A stretch of 64,000 nt of DNA. Origin: Felis catus (Eukaryota). The stretch spans positions 21,082,001 through 21,146,000 of the forward strand of contig NC_058369.1 of assembly GCF_018350175.1 (NCBI RefSeq), given 5' to 3'. Shown in pieces: positions 1 through 17,600 of the stretch. The position numbers were made by a program, and so were the translations under genes. Numbering within the stretch: the first letter of the stretch is position 1; every line of letters begins with the position of its first letter. A model generated the notes under the pieces. The model did no database searches, was not told the DNA's origin, and was given only the letters and a program-made list of their open reading frames with translations.

Positions 1-2
1 CC

Positions 3-2679
<2,677 letters not shown>

Positions 2680-2724
2680 TCAGTCCGCTGCTGGTTGCAG
2701 TTTGCTCCGTTGCCGCCAGGCCTG

Positions 2725-2800
2725 ACACTTATAAGGCAGCGGCTCCACCCCCTGTAGGGCCAGGGAGGCGGGAGGAGGCGGGAAGGAGATGGGGGAGGGG
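2725..2800 (-). promoter_or_regulatory. SEMA3G proximal promoter: TATA-like element and GC boxes
   Basis: CTTATAAG at 2728-2735, about 90 nt upstream of the ATG; tandem GGAGGCGGG boxes at about 2764-2782. Confidence 0.55.
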
Positions 2801-5800
2801 CCCCTGCCATCCACCTGCTGCTTCTCTCTCCACCCGGGCTGGCCTGGTTAATGCCTCTGTGTCAGATTGGCAGGCTCCCCATTGGGGAGACTCTTTCCCA
2901 GCTGGGGTGTGGGCAGCTTACACAAAATGTTCACAAACCCAAGTCTCCAGAGATAGCCTGGAAGGGAGGTCAGGGGTCAGAGATCAGAGGTTGGTGGGCT
3001 GGCTAGAGGTCTAGCTGGGCTCTTCTTGGTTCCCGGTCCTTCCATTGCCCGTGACAGTCTCCATGACAAAGACAAACTGACTCTGGGCCCAGATCCCTGA
3101 TACCAGGAAGGTCCAGCCCCCTGAAGCACTGGCCTGGCTCCCCAGCTCCCTTGGCAGGGTCCAAGTTGCCTGGGAGGGTCATTCCAGTCCAAGGAACTCC
3201 ATGCTTTGGGTGGGGGCTGGAAGTCTGGCTACACTTCATAGATCTGAGGTTGGCAAAAGATGAGCCCAGCCTCCTCCACCCAGGCCTGTCCCTGTCTGGT
3301 CTCCAGGCCCCATCCCAGCTCACTGGGGCAGAGGACAGGATCCACTTCATGCTAGGGAACTCTCCCATTGCTGTGTCCCTCAGCCCTCCAGGCCCACCAG
3401 AGCTCCAGGGCCCAGAATGTCACCAGGTGAGTGGTGGGTTCTTCCCAGAGTTCCCCTCTGCACTCAGACCCTACACACACACACGATCCCTTTGGGGTGA
3501 AGGTGGAGGTAGGGTGCTCACACCCTTACTCCCTCTAGCCTGAGCACCGATTCAGGGCAGGAGAGCCACAGAAGCCGGACAAGGGAGACACAAGGCTGAG
3601 GGGTTGAGTAGGGGTAAGTAAGGGGACCTCCCTATGCCCCCCATCCCACAGCAGCTCCTGTCTCTGCACCCCCTCACCCACAGTACTCCACCCCAGAGCC
3701 CTTTACTCAGATCTGAGGCTCTAGGCACTAAGATTTCAAACTTCAGCTGGAGTTGGAGCTCCAAGGATTCTAGAAACTCCTGCAAATTAGGTCTCCCAGG
3801 TGGACGAGCCTGAGCCCTTAGATAGTGGTCAGGAAACTTGGGGGCATTAGAGAGGGAAGGACCTGGCTCAGGCCACACAGCAGGCTGAGAACAGACTCTG
3901 CTCAGCCCTGGGCCTTCCTGTGACTCTCTTTATCTTCTGGGGCTCCTGGAGTACTGGGGTCCTGTCTCCCCCACCCCCATCTCATCCCTGCAAGGGAAAC
4001 AGGTTGGCTCCTAGAGTCAGCATGAGAATGACCCAGGGACCTGGAACCCTGTCTCCCTGTCTCCATCTCCCCATAATACATATATGCCTCTTCCCAGGGC
4101 ATATGCAATGCCTCCTGGCATTGGGCAAGCGATTTCTCAGGGAGGCCAGGGACTAGTGTCAGCCCACCCAGCCTCTGGCTCCTTGGAGAAACTTGGCTAA
4201 AGCCTTTCCCTCTTTGGGCCTCAGTCTCCTTCCGCGGGCAGGGAGCAGCCACCTTGGGTGTAACAGGCTCTATACGAGTGAGGTGTGCTTGTTCAGGGCC
4301 TGCCATGGTGGTGATTATGTCATGAGCCCTCAGAAGGCTGGAGCCCCTCTGCCTCTATCTCCCTGGGGAGATGTTTCAGCCTGAAAACCGGGCTGGGGGC
4401 CAACGTCTGGCTGAAGATTGGGTTGGGCATAGCCTCTCATCTAGCATGTGGCCACCAGCTGTGGGCAGGAGGCCCACAGCTCCTCAGTCAGCCAGCTCAC
4501 CCTGGGGGTCTCAGTTTAGCTAGGCACCCAGCTGCAGCTGCAGGGAGTCCCAGGTCTATCGGAGCAGGATGCACAGGGCAGGCCACTCCACACTGCAGAA
4601 AAACAGCCTGTGGCGGGGGGCTGGGAGCCCCAGGTCTACTGTTAACTTGTTGTATGGCCTCGGGCAGGTCTTCTCCCTCTTTGGGCCTCATTTTCCCAGT
4701 CAGGGAAGGGAGTAAGGATCTTCTGTGAAGGCCAATGCTTGCTGGCTGTAAGTTGGAAAACAGACTCCGAGGGTACCCTTGATACCTCAGATCAATGGGC
4801 CCAGCCACGAGCATCTTGTGCCACCTACTGGACAAAGAGGGAACTGCAGGAGGTCCTAAAGCTGTCCACTGTGTCAAGCCCTGTGCTTTGGCAGTGGGGC
4901 CACTCAGCAGAAACCAAAGACCCTGGAGCAGCAGGCAGCAACCAGACAATCATAATATGAAAAGGTAGGGGCAGTAGGAGACTCCGGTAATTGATTTGAT
5001 CAAGAAATCAAGGGAGGCTTCATGGAGGAAGCACTATCTAGGCAAAAGATGACACACAGTGCAGAAAAAAGGGAGAGGACTGAATACAGCAAAACAGTCA
5101 AATTAGGTGATGCATGTAGGGAGCTTAGTGCCATGTGCTGATGGGAACTTGTGAGCCCGTGGCCATATACATGTGTGATGTGCGTGCTCACACATCAGGC
5201 GCCACCAGGTAGGTATGTGGAGGGCCATAGCCCGGCCTCTCCCAGCTAGAATTCTGGGGTGAGCATGCCTGGAAGGAATGGATGCCTCTGGTTCCTCCCC
5301 AACCAACCTCATTCTAGAAGAGACATTGGGACAATCGCACAGGCTCCCCCTGACTCTGGACCTCTCTTTAAGGCACAGCCAGCCACCCCCCTACCCACAT
5401 GTAACCTCTTGATAGCTGGTCCAGCCATCCTCCTGTTTTGTTCACAGAAAGCTTAACTCTTGGAGTTTCTCTCTTCTTTCCCAATCCCAACAGCATCCCA
5501 CATCCCCCGGGTGCCCCCTTCTCCCCCCGCTTCTCCTCGCAGACAACCACCTCCCCCTGCCCCCACATCAGCCACCCATCCTCCAGCTCACCACCAATAG
5601 GGAGGTAACCTTCGGCATCTCCGTTCAGAACATGTCTTCCCCTGGGCACCCCCCCTGGGCACCCCCTCCTGCACTCAGTAACCCCACTGCCACGGTTCTT
5701 TCTTCGTTGCCTCCATTCCAGCCCCTGTCTCCTTGTCCAGCTTGGATCCAGGGGGCCCAGCACTTAGAAGCAGACCCTTAAAACACTCCCCAGAGACACG

Positions 5801-5959
5801 TTGCCACCCACCTTCTATAGGCTTGCCTCTGTGTCTTGCATTACCCTTTGTCAGCTTCACTGGGTTTTTCCCAATCATTCCCTGCCCCACCTCCTTCAAT
5901 GAGCGTCCCTGGACTCCACATCTCCCTGAAGCGTCGGTGCATTTCCTGTAAGACTTCAC

Positions 5960-6660
5960 CAGTACTGTCCATGCTCACCATCTCCCCTTTGCCTTGCCTC
6001 ACTCCTTTGATCCTCTCCAGTTGGGCTCCCATCCCATTGCTCCAATGAAACCCTCATGTTCAGGTGGCCAAGGTCTTAGGAGCCTCTAGTTCCCTAACCT
6101 CAGGGTCACCAGCCGCTTTCAATGCCCCCATCCCTCCCCCCTGAGCCCCTCACTCACCCAGGGTCTCTCCCATGTCCCTGGCCGCATCTCCTCTCTTGGA
6201 CAACCTATGCGGGATGTCCAGTGTCCAGTTGTGGGCCACCTCTCTCTATACTCTCTCCCCGGGGCCCTCATCCAGGACCAGGGCATCTCTGTTACCTTCT
6301 TACTCCGATGACACCTGAGTTTATAGTCCTCTTTCTGCCCTCTCACTTAGCTCCAGTCCCACTTTGACATCCCCACCATCCTGTCCCAGAGGTATCTCAA
6401 CTTTGACATGGACAAAGGACTCTTCATCTCTTCTGTGATTGTCCCACCAGAAATGCACTTCCTCCAGGAAGCCTTCCTGGACCACTGGTCATCACATCTC
6501 TACAATCCCCATTCCAGCATACACTGCTCTCCTCACTGCACTCATTGCTCTCTTTTGTCTTCCCGAGTTGATGGTAAATTTCATGAAATTAGGGACGAGG
6601 CTTCCTTCTGGAGGGTTGCATACAGCCCACGCCAGGCATAAAGTAGGTATGTGCTTAAAC
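5960..6660. mobile_element. Ancient LINE-2-like fragment (approximate)
   Basis: CT-rich degenerate sequence with L2-like segments (cttcctccaggaagccttcctggacca; 3'-end-like ccaggcataaagtaggtatgtgcttaaac). Confidence 0.45.
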
Positions 6661-7868
6661 TGTGGAATGGCGCACTGGCAGGTGGGCCCACTGTGGCCCC
6701 ACCTGCTCTCCTGGGATGTTGTCATTCCTAGGTGTACGTGTAGGTCCTTGAGTTCTCCTGCTCCCAAGCGTGGGCCTGAAGGGGCCCCTCAGATCTCCCC
6801 TCAGGCCTCCCCAGGGACCAGGCAGCTCCTGTGGCTCTGGTCTCCACTGGAGGCATCCCCAGAATTCCAGACCATCTCCGGAATGCTGGGCCTGTCTGGG
6901 GAGTGCTAAGGCTGGGGCACAGGTGGAGAGGCCTCGGAGCGGTGGGGCGGAGCAAGGACAGCTGCTGGCATTCTGGATGGAGCCTACACACCGTGGCAGC
7001 TGTCGCTCCTGCAAGCATCATGCTGATACCTCCATGTCCTTGTGGCCCCCGCTCCAAGGCCAGTGCCACTTGCAGCCACTCAATGTTCTGGCTGCAGCTC
7101 TGGCCCCCATTAAGCTGAGAGCCACCAAGTCTCACACTTCCATTCTGTCAGGAAGGGAAAGTGGGTCGCTGGAGCCTCTGAGGCTCAGGAGAACTGGAAA
7201 TTATACCCGTCTGGACCTGGTTCATCAGACAGAGCCCTGGCCTGGGAGCCAGGCTCTCTGCTCTCTGCCAGGCTCGCTGGATGACCTTGACAGGTCCCTG
7301 TGCCTCTCTGGGTGCTGGGGTCCTCACCTGGCAAATGGGTGAGTGGAAAGAGAATAGACGGTGTGTCCCTCAGTGCTAGGGAATCAGTGTTGCCAGCACG
7401 AAATGCAAGCGAGCAGGCACATGGACTGGTACTACAGCCTACTGAGCCCATGTGGCATCCTGCTTCTCCACAACCAGAGCCGAGAAGGAGCTGGGCTGCT
7501 GTGCCGAGTGGCCTCCAGGGCCCAGAAGGGTGCCCTGTTCTCTCCAAGCACAGGACCTCTCAGCCAACTGGCTGACCAGAGCCACAGCCGCCAGGAGCCT
7601 GTTAAATGTGGATTCCCAGGCCGCCACCAATTCCAGATGCTGAATCATCTGGACATCAACAGTCATAGAAAGGAGTCAGCGGGCCATGGAACATGGTAAT
7701 CTCTAATCTAATCTAACCCCTCTGGCAGAAGGCTATGTACAGGGATGGGCAGAACACAGGCTCTGGGATAAAGCAGGAAGTGGTCATCAGAGCATCAGTG
7801 GACCCTGGTGGAGCATCCACAGCCCCCCGGGAATGAAAGCCAGACACCAGGCCTCCAGGGGGCAGGGC

Positions 7869-7874
7869 TTTATT
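7869..7874 (-). terminator. TNNC1 polyadenylation signal AATAAA
   Basis: tttatt on + strand, about 165 nt past the TNNC1 stop. Confidence 0.85.
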
Positions 7875-8037
7875 TGAGTTCCCTAGGATAGGGCTGGGGG
7901 AGGCAGTCAGTGAGGGCCCACGGTTGGCCAAGGACACACCCAAGCTCACATGCTGGGGACCCTGGTCCCTTACCCCCACCCTAGGGTCCGGCTGGAGTCG
8001 CCAGGTAGCACAGGCAGCTCTGGGAGAGGGTTGGTGT

Positions 8038-10853
<2,816 letters not shown>

Positions 10854-10899
10854 GCTGGCGGCTCACAGGGCAGGCTGCTGGCGTTGCCAGCCAGTCCTG

Positions 10900-11000
10900 G
10901 GCTTAAATAGCCCTGCCCCACCACATTCCTGCTGGCCCAGCCCACCCCTGCTTGCAGTATCCTCCACCCCCTCCCCCAGCCCTGGTGATCTCAGGCTGGC
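10900..11000 (-). promoter_or_regulatory. TNNC1 promoter / proximal cardiac control region
   Basis: CTATTTAAG TATA-like element 10902-10910; M-CAT (TEAD) CATTCCT 10924-10930; CACC boxes; GATA-like GAGATCAC at about 10985-10992. Confidence 0.75.
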
Positions 11001-11204
11001 TTGAGTTCCTGTGTCCTCTGCCCAGTGCAGGGAGCAGAGGAAGGGCTGCAAGGACCACATCTTTCCCTCTCTGTCCCCCATGTCCCCCAAGGGACCCTCT
11101 GGAAAGGTTTCTTGAATGAATGAAAACATGAGCCGAAGACAGGACAGATGCTGCAAAGTAGTGGACCCCAATCTAGGCTCCTATACGCAGTTACTCAACT
11201 CCTA

Positions 11205-11320
11205 TCTGATTAGAGAGGTGGGCAATATTATTCCCACTTTTCAGATGAGGAAACTGAGGCTCCTGGAGGAACTAGTGACTTGCTCAAGGTATGACCGACT
11301 TGGTAGTCCCTGGCTTAAGT
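11205..11320 (+). mobile_element. MIR SINE fragment
   Basis: attcccacttttcagatgaggaaactgaggctc...gtgacttgctcaagg. Confidence 0.75.
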
Positions 11321-11455
11321 TAAACCTGCTGGGGGGGGGGGGTTGGGGTGGGGTGGGGTGCTGGCCAGCAGTAAGCAAGGAGAGGCTGTGCCAAGAGAAG
11401 CTTTGAAAGCCAAGCTCAGAGTATGGTGCTGTGTAACTGTTGGAGAAGGAAGTTA

Positions 11456-11680
11456 TTATTTTTTTTTTTTTTAGTTTTTTAAAAAGTTTATTTATTTACT
11501 TTGGGGGGGGGCATGCACACAGGTGGGGGAAGGGCAAAGAGAGAGAGGTGAGACACAGAATCCAAAGCAGGCTCCAGGCTGTTAGCACAGAGTCTGACAA
11601 GGGGCTAGAACCCACAAACCATGAGATCATGACCTGAGCTGAAGTCAGAGGCTTAACCGACTGAGCTACCCAGGTACCAC
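11456..11680 (-). mobile_element. Carnivore tRNA-derived SINE (CAN/SINEC)
   Basis: Poly-T tail at left, head ttaaccgactgagctacccagg at right; perfect 15-bp target-site duplication tggagaaggaagtta at 11441-11455 and 11681-11695. Confidence 0.93.
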
Positions 11681-12439
11681 TGGAGAAGGAAGTTACTGAC
11701 CCACCTTAGTACAGAGTGGTCCGGACCCCTTCAGCCAGGAGTGTCAGAGGATCCATGCCCAAGACCTCTCATCTCCCCAAGGAGTGCTCTGGGCTTGAGT
11801 AAGCTTCACTTAGTCATTCAATAAACACAGATGCTCTATCTGTGCTACTATCCCCTCCAGCTGGGTTACCATCTCCCTCTTCTGGGTCTGGGGGCTTCCC
11901 CAGTTAGGATTCTCTGTACCTGTGCTTCTCCCATTCCAGCACTGTAGTTTCTGTGTCCAGGGCCAGTCTGCCATCCCCTCCTTCTGAGCTCTGGTAGGGC
12001 ACCATCTGGGGGTCTTGCACTCGATGGCCAGCACATATCCCTCCCACCTACATGCAGAACCCCCACTTGATAACCACACGAGCTCCAGGCCTTGAGTGCT
12101 GGGCACTGCATTGATTAACCTCTTATGATAAAACAGCTCTCCAAGTCTTGGAGAGGTGAAGAACCTCTGTCCAGCTCGGGCTCTAAGCACAGCTCATATG
12201 TCTCCTTCAACCCTCTCGTGTCCTACAAGGAATGAGACTGAAAGCCAGGTTTGGCCTGTCCCTTTTCAGGACTGGGAAACTGAGGCCAGGTGGTGCAATG
12301 ACTTGCTTTGGGTTGCCCGGGAGGTGCGGGATCTTCTGTCCTCCCTTCCAGGGCACCGAGTGGCAATGTACAGGACTGTCCCCGGCCCAGTGCATGTCTT
12401 CTCCCAGGCTGCAGGGAGCACCGCAAGACACAGATCACT

Positions 12440-13100
12440 AATCATACAAACGCTCAGGCCTCTACGGCTTGCGCACGCGCGCCTTTGGCGGCTGCTGTCA
12501 ATTACACGCGAGGGGCGGGGCGAGGGCGCGAGGAGGAGGCGGGGCCAAGATGGCGGCACGGCGTGCGACGGGGGCGGGTGGGACGCCGACCCCGCCCCTT
12601 GTTCCTGCCAGTCTGCGACCGGCGGCAGCGGCTGCAGCAACGGATCCCGGAATATGGCGGCGGCGGCGCGCTGCTTCGGGCCCGAGCGAGAGGCCGAGCC
12701 AGTCAAGGAGGCGCGCGTCGTGGGCTCTGAGCTCGTGGACACGTATACGGTGTGCAGGGGGCGCGAGCGCCATAACTAGGGGTAGCGACTGGAACCCGAA
12801 GTCCGAGTCGAGAGGATTGGGGGGTATCTGGGCCCCGCCACCGGTGAGGAGGGGGTAGCGGGGGCCCCGATTTCGAGGAGAGGAATCTGGGGAAGGGGGT
12901 TCGGTTCCGCATGTCCGGAAACAGGGTCCCGGGTTGGGTCCAGGGAGGGAGCTTGGGGAATGGGTACATTTTCAGAAAAGGTTAGGGTTGGGGAGGATCT
13001 GGGGATAAAGGGGGTCTGCGGAAGACGGGAGTCTAGATGAGGCGGAGGCCCTTGTAGATCCTCTAGGCCTGGAAGGGCGCGGGCCTGGGAGGACGTGACA
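12440..13100 (+). promoter_or_regulatory. NISCH CpG-island promoter
   Basis: Dense CpG; NRF1-like TGCGCACGCGC 12470-12480; Sp1 GGGGCGGGG 12512-12520; YY1 CAAGATGGCGGC 12546-12557; no obvious TATA box. Confidence 0.85.
12654..12749 (+). CDS. NISCH: NISCH exon 1 coding part
   Basis: [32 protein letters not shown], donor GTGTG. Confidence 0.93.
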
Positions 13101-14582
13101 GGGGCTCCAGGAGGGGAGGGGTCTCAGATGGATGTAATCAGGGGAAAGGTTCGGGGGTCCCTGCAGGCCCTGAAGAAGAGGGAGCGGGGTCTTGATCTTG
13201 GGGGGGGGTTGGGGTCGCAATTGAGATTTGCTTTAAAAATGACGGGGGGATCTGGAGCTCCGAGGCCCTAGGGGGTCAGGCATTGACCAGAATGGGGGAG
13301 GAGTGGAGCCGTGACACGGGGGAATTGAGATGGTCACTCTGGACAGAAACTGTTAAGACCCAGGAACCTCAGGGGTCTTCATGGTTCGCGGGGGGGAGGG
13401 GGCAGCAAGCCGCCCACACACTTCAATCAAAGCTGGGGAGGTGGAGAACAGAAAAGGGAGATGGAGTTCCAGACTGTGATGGAGTTGGGAGGCTTTTCTG
13501 GGTCTGGATGGGGTTGATCACCAGGTTGCTAGACCTGGTAGGCTGCCTAGCAGGGACTGGTCTTGGGGTGGGGGCGTGTTGAGCATCTCCCAGCCTCTGG
13601 TTCTTTGTTCCCTGAGGGTGGGAAGTGGTGGGGGTGGGGGGCTTTGGCCCTGCCTTCACCCCACCACTTTGGGCCTCATCCTAACCCTCCTAAGGGTCAT
13701 TTCCCTGGCTCTTTTTCCTTTCCTGGGCAGCAGGAGGGAGAGGGAAGCTGCCAGGCTGGAAAGGGGCTGGGGGAGGATCCTGGAGCAACAGGCCGGTCCT
13801 AGAGGAATGGCTGCTCTTCCTTGGAGGCTTCAGCTGAGTTGATTATTTCTCCTCCCCCTTCCCTGCATGCTGCAGAGAGGGGCAGGACACTGGGACCAGA
13901 GAGCCTCTCCAGGTGAGGGTTAAGATCTCTGAGCGGATGGCTGGCTGTCCATCACCCGTAAGCAGCATTCAGCTGGGACGTCAGTTCCAAAAAGCTCTCA
14001 TTCGGAGGGGTTGAGGCCTTCCTCTGCATGGGTACCAGGGAAGTGGTGATCCAGGCTGACCCTACGGCTTGTCTCTGGCTGTGCTGAGTTGAATATTATT
14101 AACACACCTACGTTTGTTGAACATTTGCTACATGTCACGCCTTGTACGAAGCATTTTACGTGAATTACTTTATTCAGTTGTTAAGCCTATCAGATTTTAA
14201 GGTGGAAAAACTGAGGCTCAGAGAGAATTTAGGCTCCCAGTCACTTACATAAGCCACAGCTGGGAAATGGCAGAACCTGAGTTTTGAACTCAGGTCTTCC
14301 TTGACTCCAGGGCCCATTCCCTTAACCGCTAAGCTATATTGCCTTCTGCTAGGATTTGATTGTTCATCACTGCTCTTCCCCCGCACTCCCATCAACTTCT
14401 TAGTACTTTGACTCCTGGCTCAGCAACAGAAATCATAGCCATGAACCAGCTGAAAGCTTTGGGAAGGGACTTGCTTCTAGGATATAGTCGGGGCACCTGG
14501 AAAAATATACAGCAGAGAAGCTAGTCCCTCCAGACCCCACCCTGGAAGGGTGGCCTTGCCTGCAGCTCAGGTTGGAGGCTGG

Positions 14583-14622
<40 letters not shown>

Positions 14623-17600
14623 AAAGAGATGGCTTGATAGGATGATCACCTTTTTTGTTCCTCACTGTTGGACAGAGCCACAGATCAATTCCAAGTGCCT
14701 GCCAGCCAGTGCTAGGACTGTGGAGGAGGTTGAGAGGGGGTCCTGCTGCTTAGGGTCAGATGTGGAGGCTAACAGGCAAGGGCAGCCTAGCTTTGGCCTG
14801 GGTGCTGGGACCGTCTGGGTGGCCTGCAGCTATTGCTGAGGGAGAACTAGGCTTTCCTTGTTGCTGGCTGGGCAAGGACTATTGGTTTTCCCTTGTAGGT
14901 TTACATCATCCAGGTCACTGTTGGCAGCCATGAATGGACAGTCAAGCACCGCTACAGCGATTTCTATGATCTGCACGAAAAGGTAACTCTTGAGAACTGG
15001 GGATCTGTGTCTCAGGGCTTGGGGGGGGGGTGCCTTTAGGCCAAATTCCCATTGTGCCACACATTAAATTTAGGGCAGAACCGGCTCCGTGCCTATAATG
15101 TTTAGTTTCCTGGAGAGGAAACAGGTTTGAACTTGTTTCACCTGACTGTAGCTATTCCAGAGCCTATACTTTAATATCCAGCTGTGATTCCATTTCTTTC
15201 TTTGTTTTTGGTAGAGCTGCCTTTCTCTGGGTCATTTGCAACATGAGTGTTTTAAAGACAGAGTACCGCCCTGATTCTTTTCCATTCTGGTTTGGAAAAG
15301 ATGATGGTTTTTAGAGGCCTGGAGGTATTTTCTGAATGTCTTCACAGTCTCCAGATGGAGCTCCTTGTCTGGGATTGTAGTGGTATTTCTAATCCTAGTT
15401 GACTCTGATGAGGCAAAGTTCCAGATACACTAGTTTGGTCACTAATTCTGACACTGCTGCCAAGACGGGTTGTGGAAGTTGTGACAGGCTCCTGTCCTCA
15501 GGCTGCTTGCCTTAGTCCTGCACCATTGCAGAACCTCTTGGTCTGTGGTTGACCGTGCTTCTGTTTTCTTACAGCTGGTTGCAGAAAGGAAAATTGATAA
15601 AAACCTACTTCCGCCCAAAAAGATAATTGGGAAAAACTCGAGAAGCTTGGTGGAGAAGAGAGAGAAGGATCTGGAGATCTACCTGCAGACGCTCCTGGCC
15701 ACCTTCCCTGGTGTGGCCCCCAGCGTGCTGGCCCACTTCTTACATTTTCATTTCTATGTAAGTTCCTCCTAGTAAGTCCCCTTGCAAGCCTGCAGCCACC
15801 ACAGCTCAAGGCATAAATCAGTGTTCAGTCTCAGCTTTCAGGAGAGGTGGGCTGGGGTTTGACCCCGAGGTTAGAAAGATGTAGGAACATCACCGGGGTG
15901 GGGACGGGATATGGGCAGGAGCATGTTTGTTGACAGATTTGCTCTAAATTAGCCTGTAGCCACAGACAGGTTTTCCTTTACCACATGGCATTTTGTTGAG
16001 CAAAAACAGCCTGTGGGTGTTGAAGCTAGTTTTCCGTCCAAATGGATGCGGGTAGATTAGAAACAGCTGACACCTGGCACAGACTATCATTTCGTTGTTG
16101 GTTTACAGCTCAGGACTAAGGAGTCAGGCTGTGTCAGCAGAATATTGCTGAGGGCATCTTCAGGGTCCAGGGTGCCGAGTGTCCGTAGATAGATAGACTG
16201 CAGTATATGCCCTGGAGCGGCTCTGTACTCCCTTTGGATAGAGGAACAACTTTCATGGGCTGCTGGTGACAGGACGAGCTGTCACACTTCACACAGGGAA
16301 GTTCAGCTGTGTGAAACTCAAACATTGAAAACAGCTAACAATTCCACTTCTTCGAATTTACTCTAGTGGGGGAAAGTCAGGCCACTGTGAAAAGGATATA
16401 GGTATGGGTGGCTCAGTCGGTGGCTAAGTAGGTTGAGAATCTGACTCTAGATTTCGGCTCAGGTCAGGATCTCACTGTTTGTGGATTCACACTCTGCATT
16501 GGGCTCTGTGGTGGCAGTGTGGAGCCTGTTTGGGATTCTCTCTCCCTCTCTCCCTCCCTCTCCCCCTCCCTCCCTCCCTCCCTCCCTCTCCCCCTCCCTC
16601 CCTCCCTCTCCCTCCCTCTCCCTCCCTCTCCCTCCCTCTCCCTCCCTCTCCCCCTCCCTCTCCCTCCCTCTCCCCCTCCCTCTCCCTCCCTCTCCCCCTC
16701 CCTCTCCCTCCTTCTCCCTCCCTCTCCCTCCCTCTCCCCCTCCCTCCCTCCCTCCCTCTCCCCCTCCCTCCCTCCCTCCCTCTCCCCCTCCCTCTCCCTC
16801 CCTCTCCCTCCTTCTCCCTCCTTCTCCCTCCCTCTCCCTCCCTCTCCCCCTCCCTCTCCCTCCCTCTCCCCCTCCCTCTCCCTCCTTCTCCCTCCCTCTC
16901 CCTCCCTCTCCCTCCCTCCCTCCCTCCCTCTCTCCCTCCGTCTCCCTCCCTCTCTCCCTCCCTCTCTCCCTCCCTCTCTCCCTCCCTCTCTCCCTCCCTC
17001 TCTCCCTCCCTCTCTCCCTCCCTCTCTCCCTCCCTCTCCCTCCCTCTCCCCCTCCCTCTCCCCCTCCCTCTCCCTCCCCTCTCCCTCCCTCTCCCCCCTC
17101 CCTCTCCCTCCCTCTCCCCCTCCCTCCCCTCCCTCCCTCTCTCCCTCCCTCTCCCCCTCCCTCTCCCCCTCCCTCTCCCCCTCCCCCTCCCTCTCTCCCT
17201 CCCTCTCTCCCTCCCTCTCTCCCTCCCTCTCCCTCCCTCCCTCCCTCTCCCCCTCCCTCCCTCTCTCCCTCCCTCTCTCCCTCCCTCTCTCCCTCCCTCT
17301 CTCCCTCCCTCTCCCCCTCCCTCTCCCCCTCCCTCTCCCCCTCCCCCTCCCCCTCCCTTTCCCTCCCTCTCCCTCCCTCTCCCCCTCCCTCTCTCCCTCC
17401 CTCTCTCCCTCCCTCTCTCCCCCTCCCTCCCTCTCTCCCTCCCTCTCTCCCTCCCTCTCTCCCCCTCCCTCCCTCTCTCCCCCTCCCTCCCTCTCCCCCT
17501 CCCTCTCTCCCTCCCTCTCTCCCCCTCCCTCCCTCTCTCCCTCCCTCTCTCCCTCCCTCTCTCCCCCTCCCTCCCTCTCCCCCTCCCTCTCTCCCTCCCT

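Noticed and set aside
2800..7800. Many 60-190 aa ORFs between SEMA3G and TNNC1 as a possible hidden gene
   Set aside because: No recognisable domains or consistent exon chain; composition typical of GC-rich non-coding DNA and old repeats
12156..12653. 166-codon in-frame open stretch upstream of the NISCH AUG
   Set aside because: Runs through MIR-like sequence and the core promoter, so probably not in the mRNA; the recognisable N-terminus starts at 12654
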